DNA of 64,000 bases from an uncultured Actinomycetota bacterium (GTDB lineage Bacteria > Actinomycetota > Actinomycetes > Mycobacteriales > Mycobacteriaceae). The stretch spans positions 98,736 through 162,735 of the forward strand of contig CAWDAC010000030.1 of NCBI GenBank assembly GCA_963800125.1. The letters are read 5' to 3'. Each line of letters opens with the position of its first letter. Positions within the stretch are counted from its first letter, which is position 1. A program made the translations under genes and the position numbers. Below are positions 46,358-56,854 of this stretch, in pieces. The notes below the pieces were generated by a model. It searched no databases. It was not told the origin of the DNA and saw only the letters and a list, made by a program, of their open reading frames with translations.

Positions 46358-47458
46358 CTATTTCCAGTCGTTCAGAACGGTTTCGATGTCTGTCCCCGGC
46401 TCGCCCAACGGCTTGGGTACCGACGGCGCGCTGCGGGAGAACCGCGGCGCGGGCGACGGCAGCAACACCTCGCCGTCTAGGTAGAACGTGTCGCGCTCGT
46501 TGACGTGAGGTTCCGTCTCCACCTCGCCGAACGCCAGCACCGGGGTCGCACAGGCGTCGCTGTCGGCGAACACCTTGGCCCAGTGGTCGCGATCGGCCGA
46601 AGCGAACACCTCGGCGAACCGGGCGCGCAGTTCGGGCCAGCGGCTGACGTCCTGCTGAGCGGGCAGGTCCTCAGGAGGTAAGTCGTCGAGGCCGAGCCCC
46701 TTGAGCAGTTCGGCGTAGAACTGCGGCTCGATCGCCCCGACCGCCATGTACCGGCCGTCGGCGCACTCGTAGGTGTCGTAGTACGGGGCCCCGCTGTCGA
46801 GCATGTTGGTGCCGCGTTCGTCGGACCACAAGCCGCCCGCGCGCATCCCCCACATCATCGCCATCAGCACGTTGGAGCCGTCGATCATCGCGGCGTCGAC
46901 CACCTGGCCCTTGCCGGAGGTCTGCCGTTCCCAGAGCGCCGCGAGAATGCCGACGATCAGAAACATCGAGCCGCCGCCGAAGTCACCGGTCAGATTCAGC
47001 GGCGGCACGGGGCGCTCGCCGGCGTGGCCGATGGAGTGCAGCAGGCCGTTGAGTGAGATGTAGTTGATGTCGTGGCCGGCCTGCTGGCTGCGCGGGCCGG
47101 TCTGACCCCATCCGGTCATCCGCCCGTACACCAACCGCTCGTTGACCTTTGCGCAATCCTCGGGTCCGAGGCCGAGTCGCTCGGTGACACCGGGCCGGTA
47201 GCCCTCGATCAGCACGTCGGCCTTCGCGATCAGCGCCAGCACCCGATCTCGGCCTTCTTCGGTCTTCAAGTTCGCCGCCACGGCCCGCCGGTTGCGATTC
47301 ATGGCTTCGTGGCTGCCCTTCGGGACGCCACCGGTTCCTCCGGGACGTTCGACGCGGACCACGTCGGCGCCCAGATCGGCGAGGATCATCGCCGCATGCG
47401 GTCCGGGACCGATGCCGGCCAATTCGACGATTCGCAATCCCTGCAGTGGTCCCGCCAT
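46358..47458 (-). CDS. mcr: Alpha-methylacyl-CoA racemase (CaiB/BaiF)
   Basis: [28 protein letters not shown]. Confidence 0.92.
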   Translation of the reverse strand: MAGPLQGLRIVELAGIGPGPHAAMILADLGADVVRVERPGGTGGVPKGSHEAMNRNRRAVAANLKTEEGRDRVLALIAKADVLIEGYRPGVTERLGLGPEDCAKVNERLVYGRMTGWGQTGPRSQQAGHDINYISLNGLLHSIGHAGERPVPPLNLTGDFGGGSMFLIVGILAALWERQTSGKGQVVDAAMIDGSNVLMAMMWGMRAGGLWSDERGTNMLDSGAPYYDTYECADGRYMAVGAIEPQFYAELLKGLGLDDLPPEDLPAQQDVSRWPELRARFAEVFASADRDHWAKVFADSDACATPVLAFGEVETEPHVNERDTFYLDGEVLLPSPAPRFSRSAPSVPKPLGEPGTDIETVLNDWK

Positions 47459-47559
47459 TAGTGCGCCCCGCCTCCCGTAGTTGACCGCGACATAGCTTAC
47501 TTGTATAACCATGTGAAACCAGTCGCGGCCCATTTGCCACCCCGATCTAAGGTTCACCA

Positions 47560-48372
47560 ATGACTTCCATCGATTCCAGCACCGGAGCGTATGTGAGCGT
47601 CGACGGCCTAGTGGTGACACTCGGCGACGGGGTGCTGTCGTTGACGTTGAACCGGCCGGACAGCCTCAACTCGTTGACGGCGACGATGCTGAACGGCGTC
47701 TCGGATGCGCTGGAACAGGCGGCCACCGATCCGCGCGTCAAGGTGGTGCGTCTTGCGGGTGCGGGTCGCGGGTTCAGCTCGGGTGCCGGAATCAGCGCCG
47801 AGGATCAGGCCAAGAAGGCCGGCGGCCTGTCCGTTCTGGACGCCGCGAACCGTGCGGTGCGCGCGATCGTGGCGGCGCCCCGCCCTGTGGTCGCCGTCGT
47901 GCAGGGCCCCGCCGCAGGCGTTGGCGCATCGCTGGCGTTGGCGTGTGACGTCGTACTTGCTTCGGACAAGGGCTATTTCATGCTCGCCTTCACCAAGATC
48001 GGGCTGATGCCCGACGGCGGGGCTTCGGCTCTGGTCGCGGCCGCGGTGGGCCGGATCCGGGCGATGCGGATGGCGCTGTTGGCCGAACGGATTCCGGCTG
48101 CCGAGGCATTGCAGGCCGGGTTGGTGACGGCTGTCTATCCGGCGGACGATCTCGACGCCGAGGTGGACAAGGTAGTCGCCACCCTGGTTCGTGGTCCGGT
48201 CGTGGCGTTGGCGAAGACGAAGGAAGCCATCAACGCGACAACGCTGACGGAACTCGACGCTGCGCTGGAGCGGGAGCGGTCCGGCCAGGCGTCGCTGCTG
48301 CGAGGCACCGACTACCGCGAGGGCATTCGGGCCTTCCAGGAGCGCCGCGCCGCCAACTTCACCGACTCCTGA
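47560..48372 (+). CDS. Enoyl-CoA hydratase (EchA10/11-like)
   Basis: [26 protein letters not shown]. Confidence 0.9.
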   Translation: MTSIDSSTGAYVSVDGLVVTLGDGVLSLTLNRPDSLNSLTATMLNGVSDALEQAATDPRVKVVRLAGAGRGFSSGAGISAEDQAKKAGGLSVLDAANRAVRAIVAAPRPVVAVVQGPAAGVGASLALACDVVLASDKGYFMLAFTKIGLMPDGGASALVAAAVGRIRAMRMALLAERIPAAEALQAGLVTAVYPADDLDAEVDKVVATLVRGPVVALAKTKEAINATTLTELDAALERERSGQASLLRGTDYREGIRAFQERRAANFTDS

Positions 48373-48467
48373 TCCCCTAGCTCCGCTGTGGGCCCACCCC
48401 TAGCTTCGCTGTGGGCCCAGCGAAAATCGTTGGACGCGGCCCTACCCGGTCGGCGACCATCGAATGT

Positions 48468-49751
48468 GTGAGTACGCAATTCGACCTTGAAACACCGGTG
48501 CACACCGGTGGCTGGCGCGTGCTCGCACCGTTCCGGTTCCGCGAATACCGCCTGCTGATCACCGCAGTGTCGATCTCGATTTTCGCCACCGGGATGTGGG
48601 CGGTGGTGATGGCGCTTCAGGTCATGGCCATCGACGACGACCCGGCTTCGTTGTCGCTGGTCGCCGCCTGCATGGGTGTCGGGATGGTGGCGTTCCTCCT
48701 GGTCGGCGGCATCGCCGCGGACCGGTTTCCCCAGCGCACGATCATTATCGTCGTCGAGACGGTGAACTTCGCGGCAGTGACGGCAGTCGCGGTTCTGGGC
48801 GTGGCCGGCTCGTTGCGGCTGTGGCACATGGCCGTTGCCGCCGCATGCCTCGGGGTCGCCGCGGCGTTCTTCTTTCCGGCCTACAGCGCGTACCTGCCGC
48901 GCATCCTGCCTGCCGAACAGTTGTTGGCGGCCAACGGGATCGAGGGCGTGGTCCGTCCGACGCTGCAGCAAGCGATCGGACCGGCCTTCGCCGGTGTCCT
49001 TGTCGGCGCGACCTTCCCCACGTTGGGCGCGGTCATCGTCGCGGTGCTCTACGGCACCGGGCTGGCGCTGCTGGTCGCGACGCGACCGGTGTCGCAGCCG
49101 TTCTTGGACGACGAGAGCCACAAGAAGCCAAACGTGCTGTCCGACCTTCGGGACGGCTTCCTGTTCATGCTGCGTACCCCGTGGCTGTTGGCCACGCTGC
49201 TGTTCGCCAGCGGATTCGTCTTGTTGGTGATCGGTCCGATCGAGGTGTTGTTGCCGTTCATCACTACCGCGAGGTTCGAAAACGGTGAGCGGATATACGG
49301 TTTCGTGCTGGCGGCCTACGGGGTAGGCGGAGCGCTGGGCGCACTTGCCGTGTCGTCGGGTCGACTTCCGCGGCGCTACATGACGGTGATGATGCTCTGC
49401 TGGGGGCTGGGAAATCTGCCGCTGGTGGTGCTGGGCTACTCGTCGTCGTTCCCGTTGATGGCCGCGGCCGCCTTCCTCGTCGGTATGACCGACAGCGCGG
49501 GCTTGGTCATCTGGGGCACACTGTTGCAGCGGCGGGTACCGCCGGAAATGCTCGGCCGGGTGTCGAGCCTGGACTTCTTTGTGTCACTGGCGTTCATGCC
49601 GGTGTCGATGGCCGTGGCCGGCCCGCTGTCCAAGGTGATTTCGGTCGAGACGATTTTCTTGGCGGCGGGTGTGATTCCGTCCGTACTGGCCGTGGTCGCG
49701 TTCGTCTCGGCACGGATGGGGCGTGACGAGCTGGCGCATCCGCTGCGCTAG
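48468..49751 (+). CDS. tetV: Tet(V)-like MFS efflux transporter
   Basis: GWRVLAPFRFREYRLL, GPIEVLLPFI and IWGTLLQRRVPPEMLGRVSSLDFFVSLAFMP match my recollection of M. smegmatis Tet(V). Confidence 0.8.
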   Translation: MSTQFDLETPVHTGGWRVLAPFRFREYRLLITAVSISIFATGMWAVVMALQVMAIDDDPASLSLVAACMGVGMVAFLLVGGIAADRFPQRTIIIVVETVNFAAVTAVAVLGVAGSLRLWHMAVAAACLGVAAAFFFPAYSAYLPRILPAEQLLAANGIEGVVRPTLQQAIGPAFAGVLVGATFPTLGAVIVAVLYGTGLALLVATRPVSQPFLDDESHKKPNVLSDLRDGFLFMLRTPWLLATLLFASGFVLLVIGPIEVLLPFITTARFENGERIYGFVLAAYGVGGALGALAVSSGRLPRRYMTVMMLCWGLGNLPLVVLGYSSSFPLMAAAAFLVGMTDSAGLVIWGTLLQRRVPPEMLGRVSSLDFFVSLAFMPVSMAVAGPLSKVISVETIFLAAGVIPSVLAVVAFVSARMGRDELAHPLR

Positions 49752-49779
49752 ACGCCGACCGCTGGCAGCGCCGGCGTCG

Positions 49780-50502
49780 TCAGACGCCGAAAACCGGCGG
49801 AAGTACGAGCACCATGATCAGTCCCCACACCATGTGGGTGAGGATCGGTGCGAGCACGCCGCCGGTGGCCCGGCGCTCGAACGCGCACACGGAGCCGAGC
49901 ACGAGCGCGGCGAACGCCAGCATCGGGTTGCGGGTGGCGACGAATATCGCGGCCGTGTAGATGATCGTGGAAATGATTGCGGGGTGGTGCTTTTCCAGCG
50001 CCGTGTACAGCGCCCCACGGAAGAAGAGCTCCTCGGCAATGCCGTTGAGCAGCATGCTGACCACGATCAGCAGCAGGCTCTCTTGGTTCGCGAATTCCAG
50101 GACGCGGGTGACATGGCCGGACAGCGCCGGGATTTCGCGGGCGATCAGCCCGCCGAGCACGAACACGGCGCCGACCACCAAGCCGACCACTGTCCCCGTG
50201 ATCACCGGGCGTTGATTGCGCCCCCGGAAGCGCACGCCACCGAGATGCAGTGGCCCCGACGCGAGCGCACCGACGGTCCAGACCGCTGCGAGGACGAGGG
50301 TGAGCCAGTAGAAGGACGCGTCACCGGGCTGCAGGGCCAGCGAATAGCCCAGTAGCACAGCGCCTATCACGAGCACGAAGCCAACGGCAATGCGCCTGCG
50401 AAGCACCACTACGGGGGGTTCATGGTGCGGTACGGCGACCCTGGTGATGTTGTCTCTGACTTCGCGGAGGAATCCGGGGTAGGTGGTGGTGGGTTCTGTC
50501 AT
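49780..50502 (-). CDS. CPBP (CAAX/Abi) intramembrane protease (Rv1140-like)
   Basis: IAEELFFRG, FERRATGG, ILTHMVWG. Confidence 0.88.
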   Translation of the reverse strand: MTEPTTTYPGFLREVRDNITRVAVPHHEPPVVVLRRRIAVGFVLVIGAVLLGYSLALQPGDASFYWLTLVLAAVWTVGALASGPLHLGGVRFRGRNQRPVITGTVVGLVVGAVFVLGGLIAREIPALSGHVTRVLEFANQESLLLIVVSMLLNGIAEELFFRGALYTALEKHHPAIISTIIYTAAIFVATRNPMLAFAALVLGSVCAFERRATGGVLAPILTHMVWGLIMVLVLPPVFGV

Positions 50503-51061
50503 GCCGGTCGCGCCTTCGGTGTGAGGTTGATCAGGGTGTCGAGCCCGGTCCGCAGCGCAGCGGCGACGGGCCCTGGGACGGCGTTTAGGAGCCCGAGAGC
50601 GGGCCGGACGATCGGCGGCGTGACCGATATCGCCAGACGCTGAATGCGTAGCGTGTCTCCACCGGCCCAAGCCGGATCGGTGTCAGCAAGATGGTGTGGG
50701 TCGGTGAGTTCGGAGGCCATCATCGGATGATCAAGCGACTCAACCAGATCGGCGGCGAGCCCACCCGGCACCGGCAGCTCGGCCGCAGTCAGCTTCGATG
50801 CCACGCCGGTATCCACTCCACGGATCGGCACACTAGCCCGCCACTTGCCTGTCGCGCGGCCATATGCGCCCAACAGGTCGCAATACGTGGTCGTTTCCGG
50901 GCCGAAGATGTCGTGGGCACCCGCAGGCACCCGGTCGGCGTCGGCCGCGGCGGCAACGTAATAGAGGCGCCCAGCCACATCACCTCGGGGCCGCCTCGAC
51001 ACTCAACGCGGCGGCGACCTCGGCCCGGCTGGTCAGATGCTCGGACAACCAGGATTCGCAT
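50499..51061 (-). pseudogene. NAD(P)-binding epimerase-like gene, heavily deleted
   Basis: MRILV start without a complete GxxGxxG; later fragments GAHDIFGPETTTYCDLL and LAADLVESLDHPM. Confidence 0.6.
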
Positions 51062-51111
51062 TGGCTTCACCGTACGGTCTTACCCGCACCTGGCTGATGG
51101 GAATCGGACGG

Positions 51112-51636
51112 TTAGCCGAGTGAGGCGCGATGCAGTTCGATCAGCCGCTGGTAGACCTCCGCGTTGTCGCGGTTGTTGGCTATCTCGGCATCGCTGAGTT
51201 CGCGCCGCACTGCACCGGGCACACCGGTCACCAGCGATCGAGGCGGTACCACGACACCCTGCGGCACCAACGCTCCCGCCGCGATCAATGAGCCCTTGCC
51301 CACCCGTGCGCCATTGAGGATGACGGCCCCCATGCCGATCAGTGCATCGTCCTCGACGACACAGCCGTGCAGCACGGCGTTGTGGCCGACGCTGACTCCC
51401 GCGCCGATGCTGACCGGGAATTCGGAGTCGACGTGGATGGTGACCCCGTCCTGGATATTCGTGCCGAATCCGATGTCGATCGGCTCGGCCTCGGCGCGCA
51501 GCGTGGCTCCGTACCAGACGCTGGCCCTGGCGGCGAGCGTGACCTGGCCGATCACGCTCGCGTTGGGCGCGACCCAGCTTTCGGCATGAAGCGAGGGTGC
51601 GCGACCGCGAATGGGCAGGATCAGCGGCTGAGGCAT
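51112..51636 (-). CDS. Gamma carbonic anhydrase-family (hexapeptide repeat) protein
   Basis: IGFGTNIQDGVTIH, VGHNAVLHGC, IGMGAVILNGA. Confidence 0.9.
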   Translation of the reverse strand: MPQPLILPIRGRAPSLHAESWVAPNASVIGQVTLAARASVWYGATLRAEAEPIDIGFGTNIQDGVTIHVDSEFPVSIGAGVSVGHNAVLHGCVVEDDALIGMGAVILNGARVGKGSLIAAGALVPQGVVVPPRSLVTGVPGAVRRELSDAEIANNRDNAEVYQRLIELHRASLG

Positions 51637-51722
51637 GCACGTCATCGTATTGACGCCCGCTACCTCCCGTTCATCCGCCATCCGATTCTCTGCCCTTGCG
51701 CCGATGGACCGGGGCGAGGTAC

Positions 51723-52268
51723 TCACGCCGCCCGCATTTCCTGCAGAGTCCCCCGGAGCGCCCGCAATGCATAATGCAGCCTCGACTTCACCGTGCCTTC
51801 GGCGATCTGGAGGTCCTCGGCGATACGCGCCACCGTCCAGCCCAGGTAATAAGAGCGCCAGACCACGGCGCGGTGTTCGGTGGACAACAGAGCCAGCGCG
51901 TGCCTGACCATCAGCCGGTCGATGGTGGCATTTGTGTCCTGCAGATCGACCGGCTCGCGGATGTGTGCGCCCTCCGGCATGGCTACTTCGTTGCGGAACC
52001 GAGCACTGCGGCGGTCGTCGATGACGATGTTGCGCGCGACGGTGAATAGCCAGGCCCGTGGCGATCGCTTGCTGTCTTCGGTGATTTCGGGGCTCCGCCA
52101 TGCGCGTAGCAGCGTTTCCTGCACCACGTCGTGCGCTTGGTGCGGGTCACCGGTCAACCGCAGGACATAGCGCCACAACGAGGCCGAGTGAACTTCGTAC
52201 AGCACGCTCAACCGGGAGGCGCCGGGACCCTGCGTCACTGGCAGATGACTCGGAAGTAGAGCCGGCAT
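51723..52268 (-). CDS. ECF sigma factor, SigL-like; start uncertain
   Basis: DVVQETLLRAW, WLFTVARNIVIDD, GTVKSRLHYAL. Confidence 0.88.
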   Translation of the reverse strand: MPALLPSHLPVTQGPGASRLSVLYEVHSASLWRYVLRLTGDPHQAHDVVQETLLRAWRSPEITEDSKRSPRAWLFTVARNIVIDDRRSARFRNEVAMPEGAHIREPVDLQDTNATIDRLMVRHALALLSTEHRAVVWRSYYLGWTVARIAEDLQIAEGTVKSRLHYALRALRGTLQEMRAA

Positions 52269-52378
52269 CTCTTCAACGATCACCCTCAAGAAGGGCCGTG
52301 TCGTCCCCGCTGCCACCCGTCAACGACCCCCGCCACCCGGTACTCACATCGGACCAACCTCACCTCTAGCAGCAGCGA

Positions 52379-52412
52379 TTGCAGACAACTACACTCTTGC
52401 AGTTAACTGCAA
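52379..52412. promoter_or_regulatory. Tandem palindromic operator candidates upstream of the luxE-like gene
   Basis: Perfect TTGCAGTTAACTGCAA (52397-52412) plus a 12/16 copy TTGCAGACAACTACAC (52379-52394). Confidence 0.7.
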
Positions 52413-52432
52413 TATCCCGTACCGTGCGTGAC

Positions 52433-53866
52433 ATGACGACACAGCAGTCGACCACGCCGGTTGAGCAGTTCATGGATGACCCGATCGCCTTCTTCGGCGA
52501 GTCGCTCACGCAGATGCACAGCATCCCCCGCAAAGAGCTGGAGGAGTTGCAACGCCGGGCCATGGCCATCCGGTTCGGCCAGCATCGGCAGAGCATCGAG
52601 ATGGTGCGCAAGCTGGCCGACCGGCTCGGCGTCACGGAAGTGAACGAATTCAACGACGTTGTCCCGCTGTTCTTCTCGCATACGGCGTTCAAGTCGTATC
52701 CGGCCGCGCTGATCGACAACAAGCGCTTCGACCTGATGACCAAGTGGCTGGACAAGCTCACCAGCCACGACCTGTCCGATGTGGACACCGACGGCTGCGA
52801 CAGCATCGATGAGTGGATCGACCGGCTCGACCAGCAGACACCGCTGGAGGTCATTACCTCCAGCGGGACCACGGGAACCTTGTCGATCATCCCGAAGGAC
52901 AAGCACGGCGCGCGCGAGGGCATGGTGCTCTGGAAGATCTGCTTGTTCCAGACCTTCGGCAACGAACCCACCGAAGAGCAGCTCAACCCGGCCGTCGACG
53001 TCATCTGGCCCAACTACGCCAGCGGAAAGCTCGGTCACCTGCGCATCGCGGCCATGATCAGGCGCGGGTTCACCGGTGGCGACGAGAGCAAGTTCCATGC
53101 GCTCTACCCCGACGCCATCGACACCGACCTGATGTTCCTGGCCTCGAAGATGCGGGCCGCCGCGTCCCGCGGTGAACTCGACCGCCTCGTCATCGACCCG
53201 GCGCTGGCCGCCCGCAAGGACGAGTTCATCGCGATGCAGGCACGTCAACCCGAAGACCTCGACCGGTTCTTCACCACGATCACCGAGAAGCTGCGCGGCA
53301 AGCGCGTATTCATGATCGGCGCCTACAACATCATGTACGACGTCGCCAAGGCCGGCCTCGAGCGCGGCGTCAAGAACGTCTTCGCCAAGGACTCGGCGAT
53401 CCTGACCGGCGGCGGGCTGAAGGGGGTGGCCCTGCCCGACGACTACATGGATGTGATCCATGGGTTCCTCGGGGTCGACCGGATCCAGGAGGGCTACGGA
53501 TTCTCCGAGCAGAGTGCGTTCCACTGGGGCTGCAGCGAGGGTCGATATCACGTGCAGCCGTGGGTGATCCCGTTCGTGCTCGACCCGGCGACCAGTGAGC
53601 CGCTTCCGCGCACCGGCAGGCAGACCGGCCGCGCCGCGGTCTACGACGTCCTCCTCAAGGCTCATTGGGGTGGCGTGATCTCCGGCGACGAGGTCACCAT
53701 CGACTGGGACCTGCAGTGCCCTTGCGGCCAGGCCAGCGTCGCGTTCGAGCACGACATCATCCGCTACAGCGAGAAGCAGGGTATTGACGACGACCGCATC
53801 ACCTGCGCGGCCACCCACGAAGTGCACAACGAGGCGGTCGACTTCATGAAGGCGTTCGAATCATGA
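52433..53866 (+). CDS. LuxE-like acyl-protein synthetase / ANL-type adenylating protein
   Basis: TSSGTTG P-loop, YGFSE, DEVTIDW..CPCG, C-terminal Cys (RITCAAT); 477 aa. Confidence 0.7.
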   Translation: MTTQQSTTPVEQFMDDPIAFFGESLTQMHSIPRKELEELQRRAMAIRFGQHRQSIEMVRKLADRLGVTEVNEFNDVVPLFFSHTAFKSYPAALIDNKRFDLMTKWLDKLTSHDLSDVDTDGCDSIDEWIDRLDQQTPLEVITSSGTTGTLSIIPKDKHGAREGMVLWKICLFQTFGNEPTEEQLNPAVDVIWPNYASGKLGHLRIAAMIRRGFTGGDESKFHALYPDAIDTDLMFLASKMRAAASRGELDRLVIDPALAARKDEFIAMQARQPEDLDRFFTTITEKLRGKRVFMIGAYNIMYDVAKAGLERGVKNVFAKDSAILTGGGLKGVALPDDYMDVIHGFLGVDRIQEGYGFSEQSAFHWGCSEGRYHVQPWVIPFVLDPATSEPLPRTGRQTGRAAVYDVLLKAHWGGVISGDEVTIDWDLQCPCGQASVAFEHDIIRYSEKQGIDDDRITCAATHEVHNEAVDFMKAFES

Positions 53867-55335
53867 ACAGCGCCTATACCGTTCCGCTCTTCCTCCGGGG
53901 CGAGCTCATCACCGATGACCTGGTGTCGTTCGGCACCCGAACCGGCGGTAACCAGTTCCAAGCGCCCGACATGGCCCGCTACGTCGACCGCCTTCCGCTC
54001 GCCACACCGATGGCGATGACCGACCTGAACGACCTCGCCTTCGACGAAATCCTCGATGTCCTCGAGGCATTGGGTGATGCACTCGACTTCGACCGCAACA
54101 CGCACTTGCAGGAGGCATACCAGGCGGCGCTGTCGGCCAACCCGCTTCCGGCCGGGATGTTGAAAAACAGTTACCAGATCCTGCGACCGCTGTTCTCCCG
54201 CGCCAACGTGCTCGAAGTCGCCGACACCCAAGTCGGTCTCGGCTATCTCAACGGCTGGGTGCCGCAACAGCTGGCCGACGGACGGGAATTGCGGGTCCGC
54301 GCCTTCGGAGCGCGGGTCCTGCACATCCCGGCGGGCAACGGTGGTCTTGTTTCGGCGGTGACGATCCTGCGATCGGTGATCACCCGCTGCGACACGATCA
54401 TCAAGGCCCCGTCGAACGACCCGCTGACCGCCGTTGCGATCGCCCGCACCCTCGCCGACGTCGCACCCGACCATCCGATCACCAAACACCTTGTCGTCGG
54501 GTACTGGAAAGGGGGCGACACCGCCGTCGAGGAGAAGCTGTACCGACCCGAGCACATCGAAAAGATCGTCGCCTGGGGAGGTTTGGCTTCGGTCAAGCAC
54601 GTCACCCGCTACATCCAGCCGGGCCTGGAGATGATCGCGCTCGATCCGAAACGCAGCGCGACGATCATCGGACGCCAGGCGTTCGATGACGACGAGACGA
54701 TGCGCGAGGTGGCTCGCTGCGCCGCCGTCGACATCGGCGTGGCCAACCAGGAAGGGTGCGCCAACGCCCGGGTCATCTACGTGATGAGCGGCACCGACGC
54801 CGCCGGCATCGCCAACGCCAACAAGCTCGGCGAGATGATCTACCAGGAGCTGACACGCCTGCCCTCGTTCGTCAGCACCCCGCCGCTCTACCCGAGCCTG
54901 GAGCTGTACGAGCATGTGGAGGCGTCCCGGATGACCGACGACTGGTATCAGGTCATCGGTGGCGAACATCGGGAAGGCGCGATCATCGTGTCGCAGTTCG
55001 ACTCTGCGGTGGACTACTCCGCGATGCTGTGCGGGCGGGTGGCCAACATCGTGCCGGTCGATAGCATCGACAAGGTGACCGAAGCGGTGACCGCATACAC
55101 CCAGACCATCGGCATCTACCCCGAATCGTTGAAACACGCACTGCGCGACACGCTTCCGTTGTTCGGCGCCCAGCGGCTCACCAGCCTCGGGTATGCCTGC
55201 AGCGTTCCGATCGCAGCGCCGCAGGACGCGATCGAGCCGATGCGCCGGATGTGTAAGTGGATCGTGGAAGAAGCGTGTGATCCCGACGTGGTGACACCGC
55301 TTTGGCGACTCGGCGAACCGGCGGCGCAGGCGTGA
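53863..55335 (+). CDS. LuxC-like acyl-CoA/acyl-protein reductase
   Basis: HIPAGNG, IIKAPSNDP, IVAWGG, ALDPKRS, NQEGCAN catalytic-Cys region; ATGA overlap with the upstream gene. Confidence 0.8.
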   Translation: MNSAYTVPLFLRGELITDDLVSFGTRTGGNQFQAPDMARYVDRLPLATPMAMTDLNDLAFDEILDVLEALGDALDFDRNTHLQEAYQAALSANPLPAGMLKNSYQILRPLFSRANVLEVADTQVGLGYLNGWVPQQLADGRELRVRAFGARVLHIPAGNGGLVSAVTILRSVITRCDTIIKAPSNDPLTAVAIARTLADVAPDHPITKHLVVGYWKGGDTAVEEKLYRPEHIEKIVAWGGLASVKHVTRYIQPGLEMIALDPKRSATIIGRQAFDDDETMREVARCAAVDIGVANQEGCANARVIYVMSGTDAAGIANANKLGEMIYQELTRLPSFVSTPPLYPSLELYEHVEASRMTDDWYQVIGGEHREGAIIVSQFDSAVDYSAMLCGRVANIVPVDSIDKVTEAVTAYTQTIGIYPESLKHALRDTLPLFGAQRLTSLGYACSVPIAAPQDAIEPMRRMCKWIVEEACDPDVVTPLWRLGEPAAQA

Positions 55336-56273
55336 TGGACGCGATTACCGCGCTTGAAGTGGTCAACGGTGTCGACCTGACCGGCAGGACATGCGTGATC
55401 ACCGGCGCATCGGCCGGATTGGGTCGGGAGTCCGCCAGGGCGCTCGCCGCGACCGGAGCGCACGTCGTCCTGGCAGCACGCAATCCCAGTGCCCTTGCCG
55501 AGGCCGAGGACTGGGTCCGCGCCGAGGTCCCGCAGGCGATGACATCGACCGTCGCGCTGGACCTCACGTCGTTGGCAGGCGTTCGCGCGGCCGCCGCCGC
55601 GATTGGACGCATCGCCCCGGCCATCCATGTGCTGATGAACAACGCCGGGGTGATGTTCACCCCGTTCAGCAGGACGGCCGATGGCTTCGAAATTCAATTC
55701 GGCACAAATCATCTGGGCCATTTCGAGCTCACCCGACTGCTCATCCCGCAGCTTGTCGCCGCCGGCGGCGCCCGGATCGTCATCTTGTCGTCTGACGGCC
55801 ATCAGATGGGCGATGTCGATCTCGACGACCCGAACTGGCGGCGCCGCGACTACGACAAGTTCGTCGCATACGGTGCGTCGAAGACCGCCAACATCCTGCA
55901 TATGGTCGAACTCGACCGACGACTGCGAGACAGCGGCGTGCGGGCGTACTCGGTGCACCCCGGCGTGGTCGCGACATCACTGGCCCGCCACATGAACCGC
56001 GACGACTTCAAGTCGCTGAGCCGCATGACGCCCGTACACACGGACCCGGGCAGGACAGCCATTGACGTGCGCCGTGACTTCACGATGCCCGAGCACGGGG
56101 CGGCCACCCAGGTGTGGGCGGCGGTGAGCCCGGAGTTGGCGGACGTCGGGTCCGTCTATCTCGCGGATTGCGCGGTCCACGACAACGTTGTGCCATACGC
56201 GGTCGATGAGAAGCATGCGCTGGCGCTGTGGGAGCTCTCGGAGAGGCTGTGCGTCGTGGGAGCAGAGCAGTGA
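55335..56273 (+). CDS. SDR oxidoreductase (retinol dehydrogenase/WWOX-like)
   Basis: TGASAGLG, NNAGVM, FGTNHLGHF, YGASK; TGATG overlap. Confidence 0.92.
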   Translation: MDAITALEVVNGVDLTGRTCVITGASAGLGRESARALAATGAHVVLAARNPSALAEAEDWVRAEVPQAMTSTVALDLTSLAGVRAAAAAIGRIAPAIHVLMNNAGVMFTPFSRTADGFEIQFGTNHLGHFELTRLLIPQLVAAGGARIVILSSDGHQMGDVDLDDPNWRRRDYDKFVAYGASKTANILHMVELDRRLRDSGVRAYSVHPGVVATSLARHMNRDDFKSLSRMTPVHTDPGRTAIDVRRDFTMPEHGAATQVWAAVSPELADVGSVYLADCAVHDNVVPYAVDEKHALALWELSERLCVVGAEQ

Positions 56274-56854
56274 ACAGGATCGACCGGCGCAAGATGGAGG
56301 TGCGCGAAAGGATACTGGGGGCAGCGTTCGATCTGTTCCTCTCCCAAGGCGTCTCGGCCACCACGATCGAAGAGATCTGCGAGCGTGCGGACGTCGCAAA
56401 TCGGACCTTCTTCAACCACTTCCCCACCCGGCAGGACATGATGCGCGCACTCGCCGAGCGACGCCTGCTCAACCTGCACGACGTCATCTTCGATCGGACC
56501 AGTGAACCGATCCCGGCCAGACTCATCGGAGTGTTCGACGACATCGCAACCGCCCTGGTCAAGTCGAGCTCTACCTATCGTGAGCTCATCGGCGAGATGC
56601 TGGCCAGTTCCGGATACGGCATTCAACGCGGCTTTGCCCTGCACGACACGTTTCTCGAGCTCGTCAAGGATGGCGTGGCCCGCGGCGAGGTCAGCGCCCG
56701 CCACGACGCCCAGACCCTGGCTGACATCCTCGTCAGCGCGCTGACGGGAGGAATCGTCAATTGGACTGTGGACAGGACATATTCGCTCGAGACAGGCCTT
56801 CACGACTTGGCCGTCGCACTGGCCGACCTTTTGGTGGGTGATTCAGACGGCTGA
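56270..56854 (+). CDS. TetR-family regulator
   Basis: ILGAAFDLF..TTIEEICERADVANRTFFNHFPT; GTGA overlap. Confidence 0.9.
   Translation: MNRIDRRKMEVRERILGAAFDLFLSQGVSATTIEEICERADVANRTFFNHFPTRQDMMRALAERRLLNLHDVIFDRTSEPIPARLIGVFDDIATALVKSSSTYRELIGEMLASSGYGIQRGFALHDTFLELVKDGVARGEVSARHDAQTLADILVSALTGGIVNWTVDRTYSLETGLHDLAVALADLLVGDSDG

Noticed and set aside
52433-55335. Bioluminescence (lux) operon
   Set aside because: No luxA, luxB, luxD or luxG in the window; the neighbours are an SDR, TetRs and a P450
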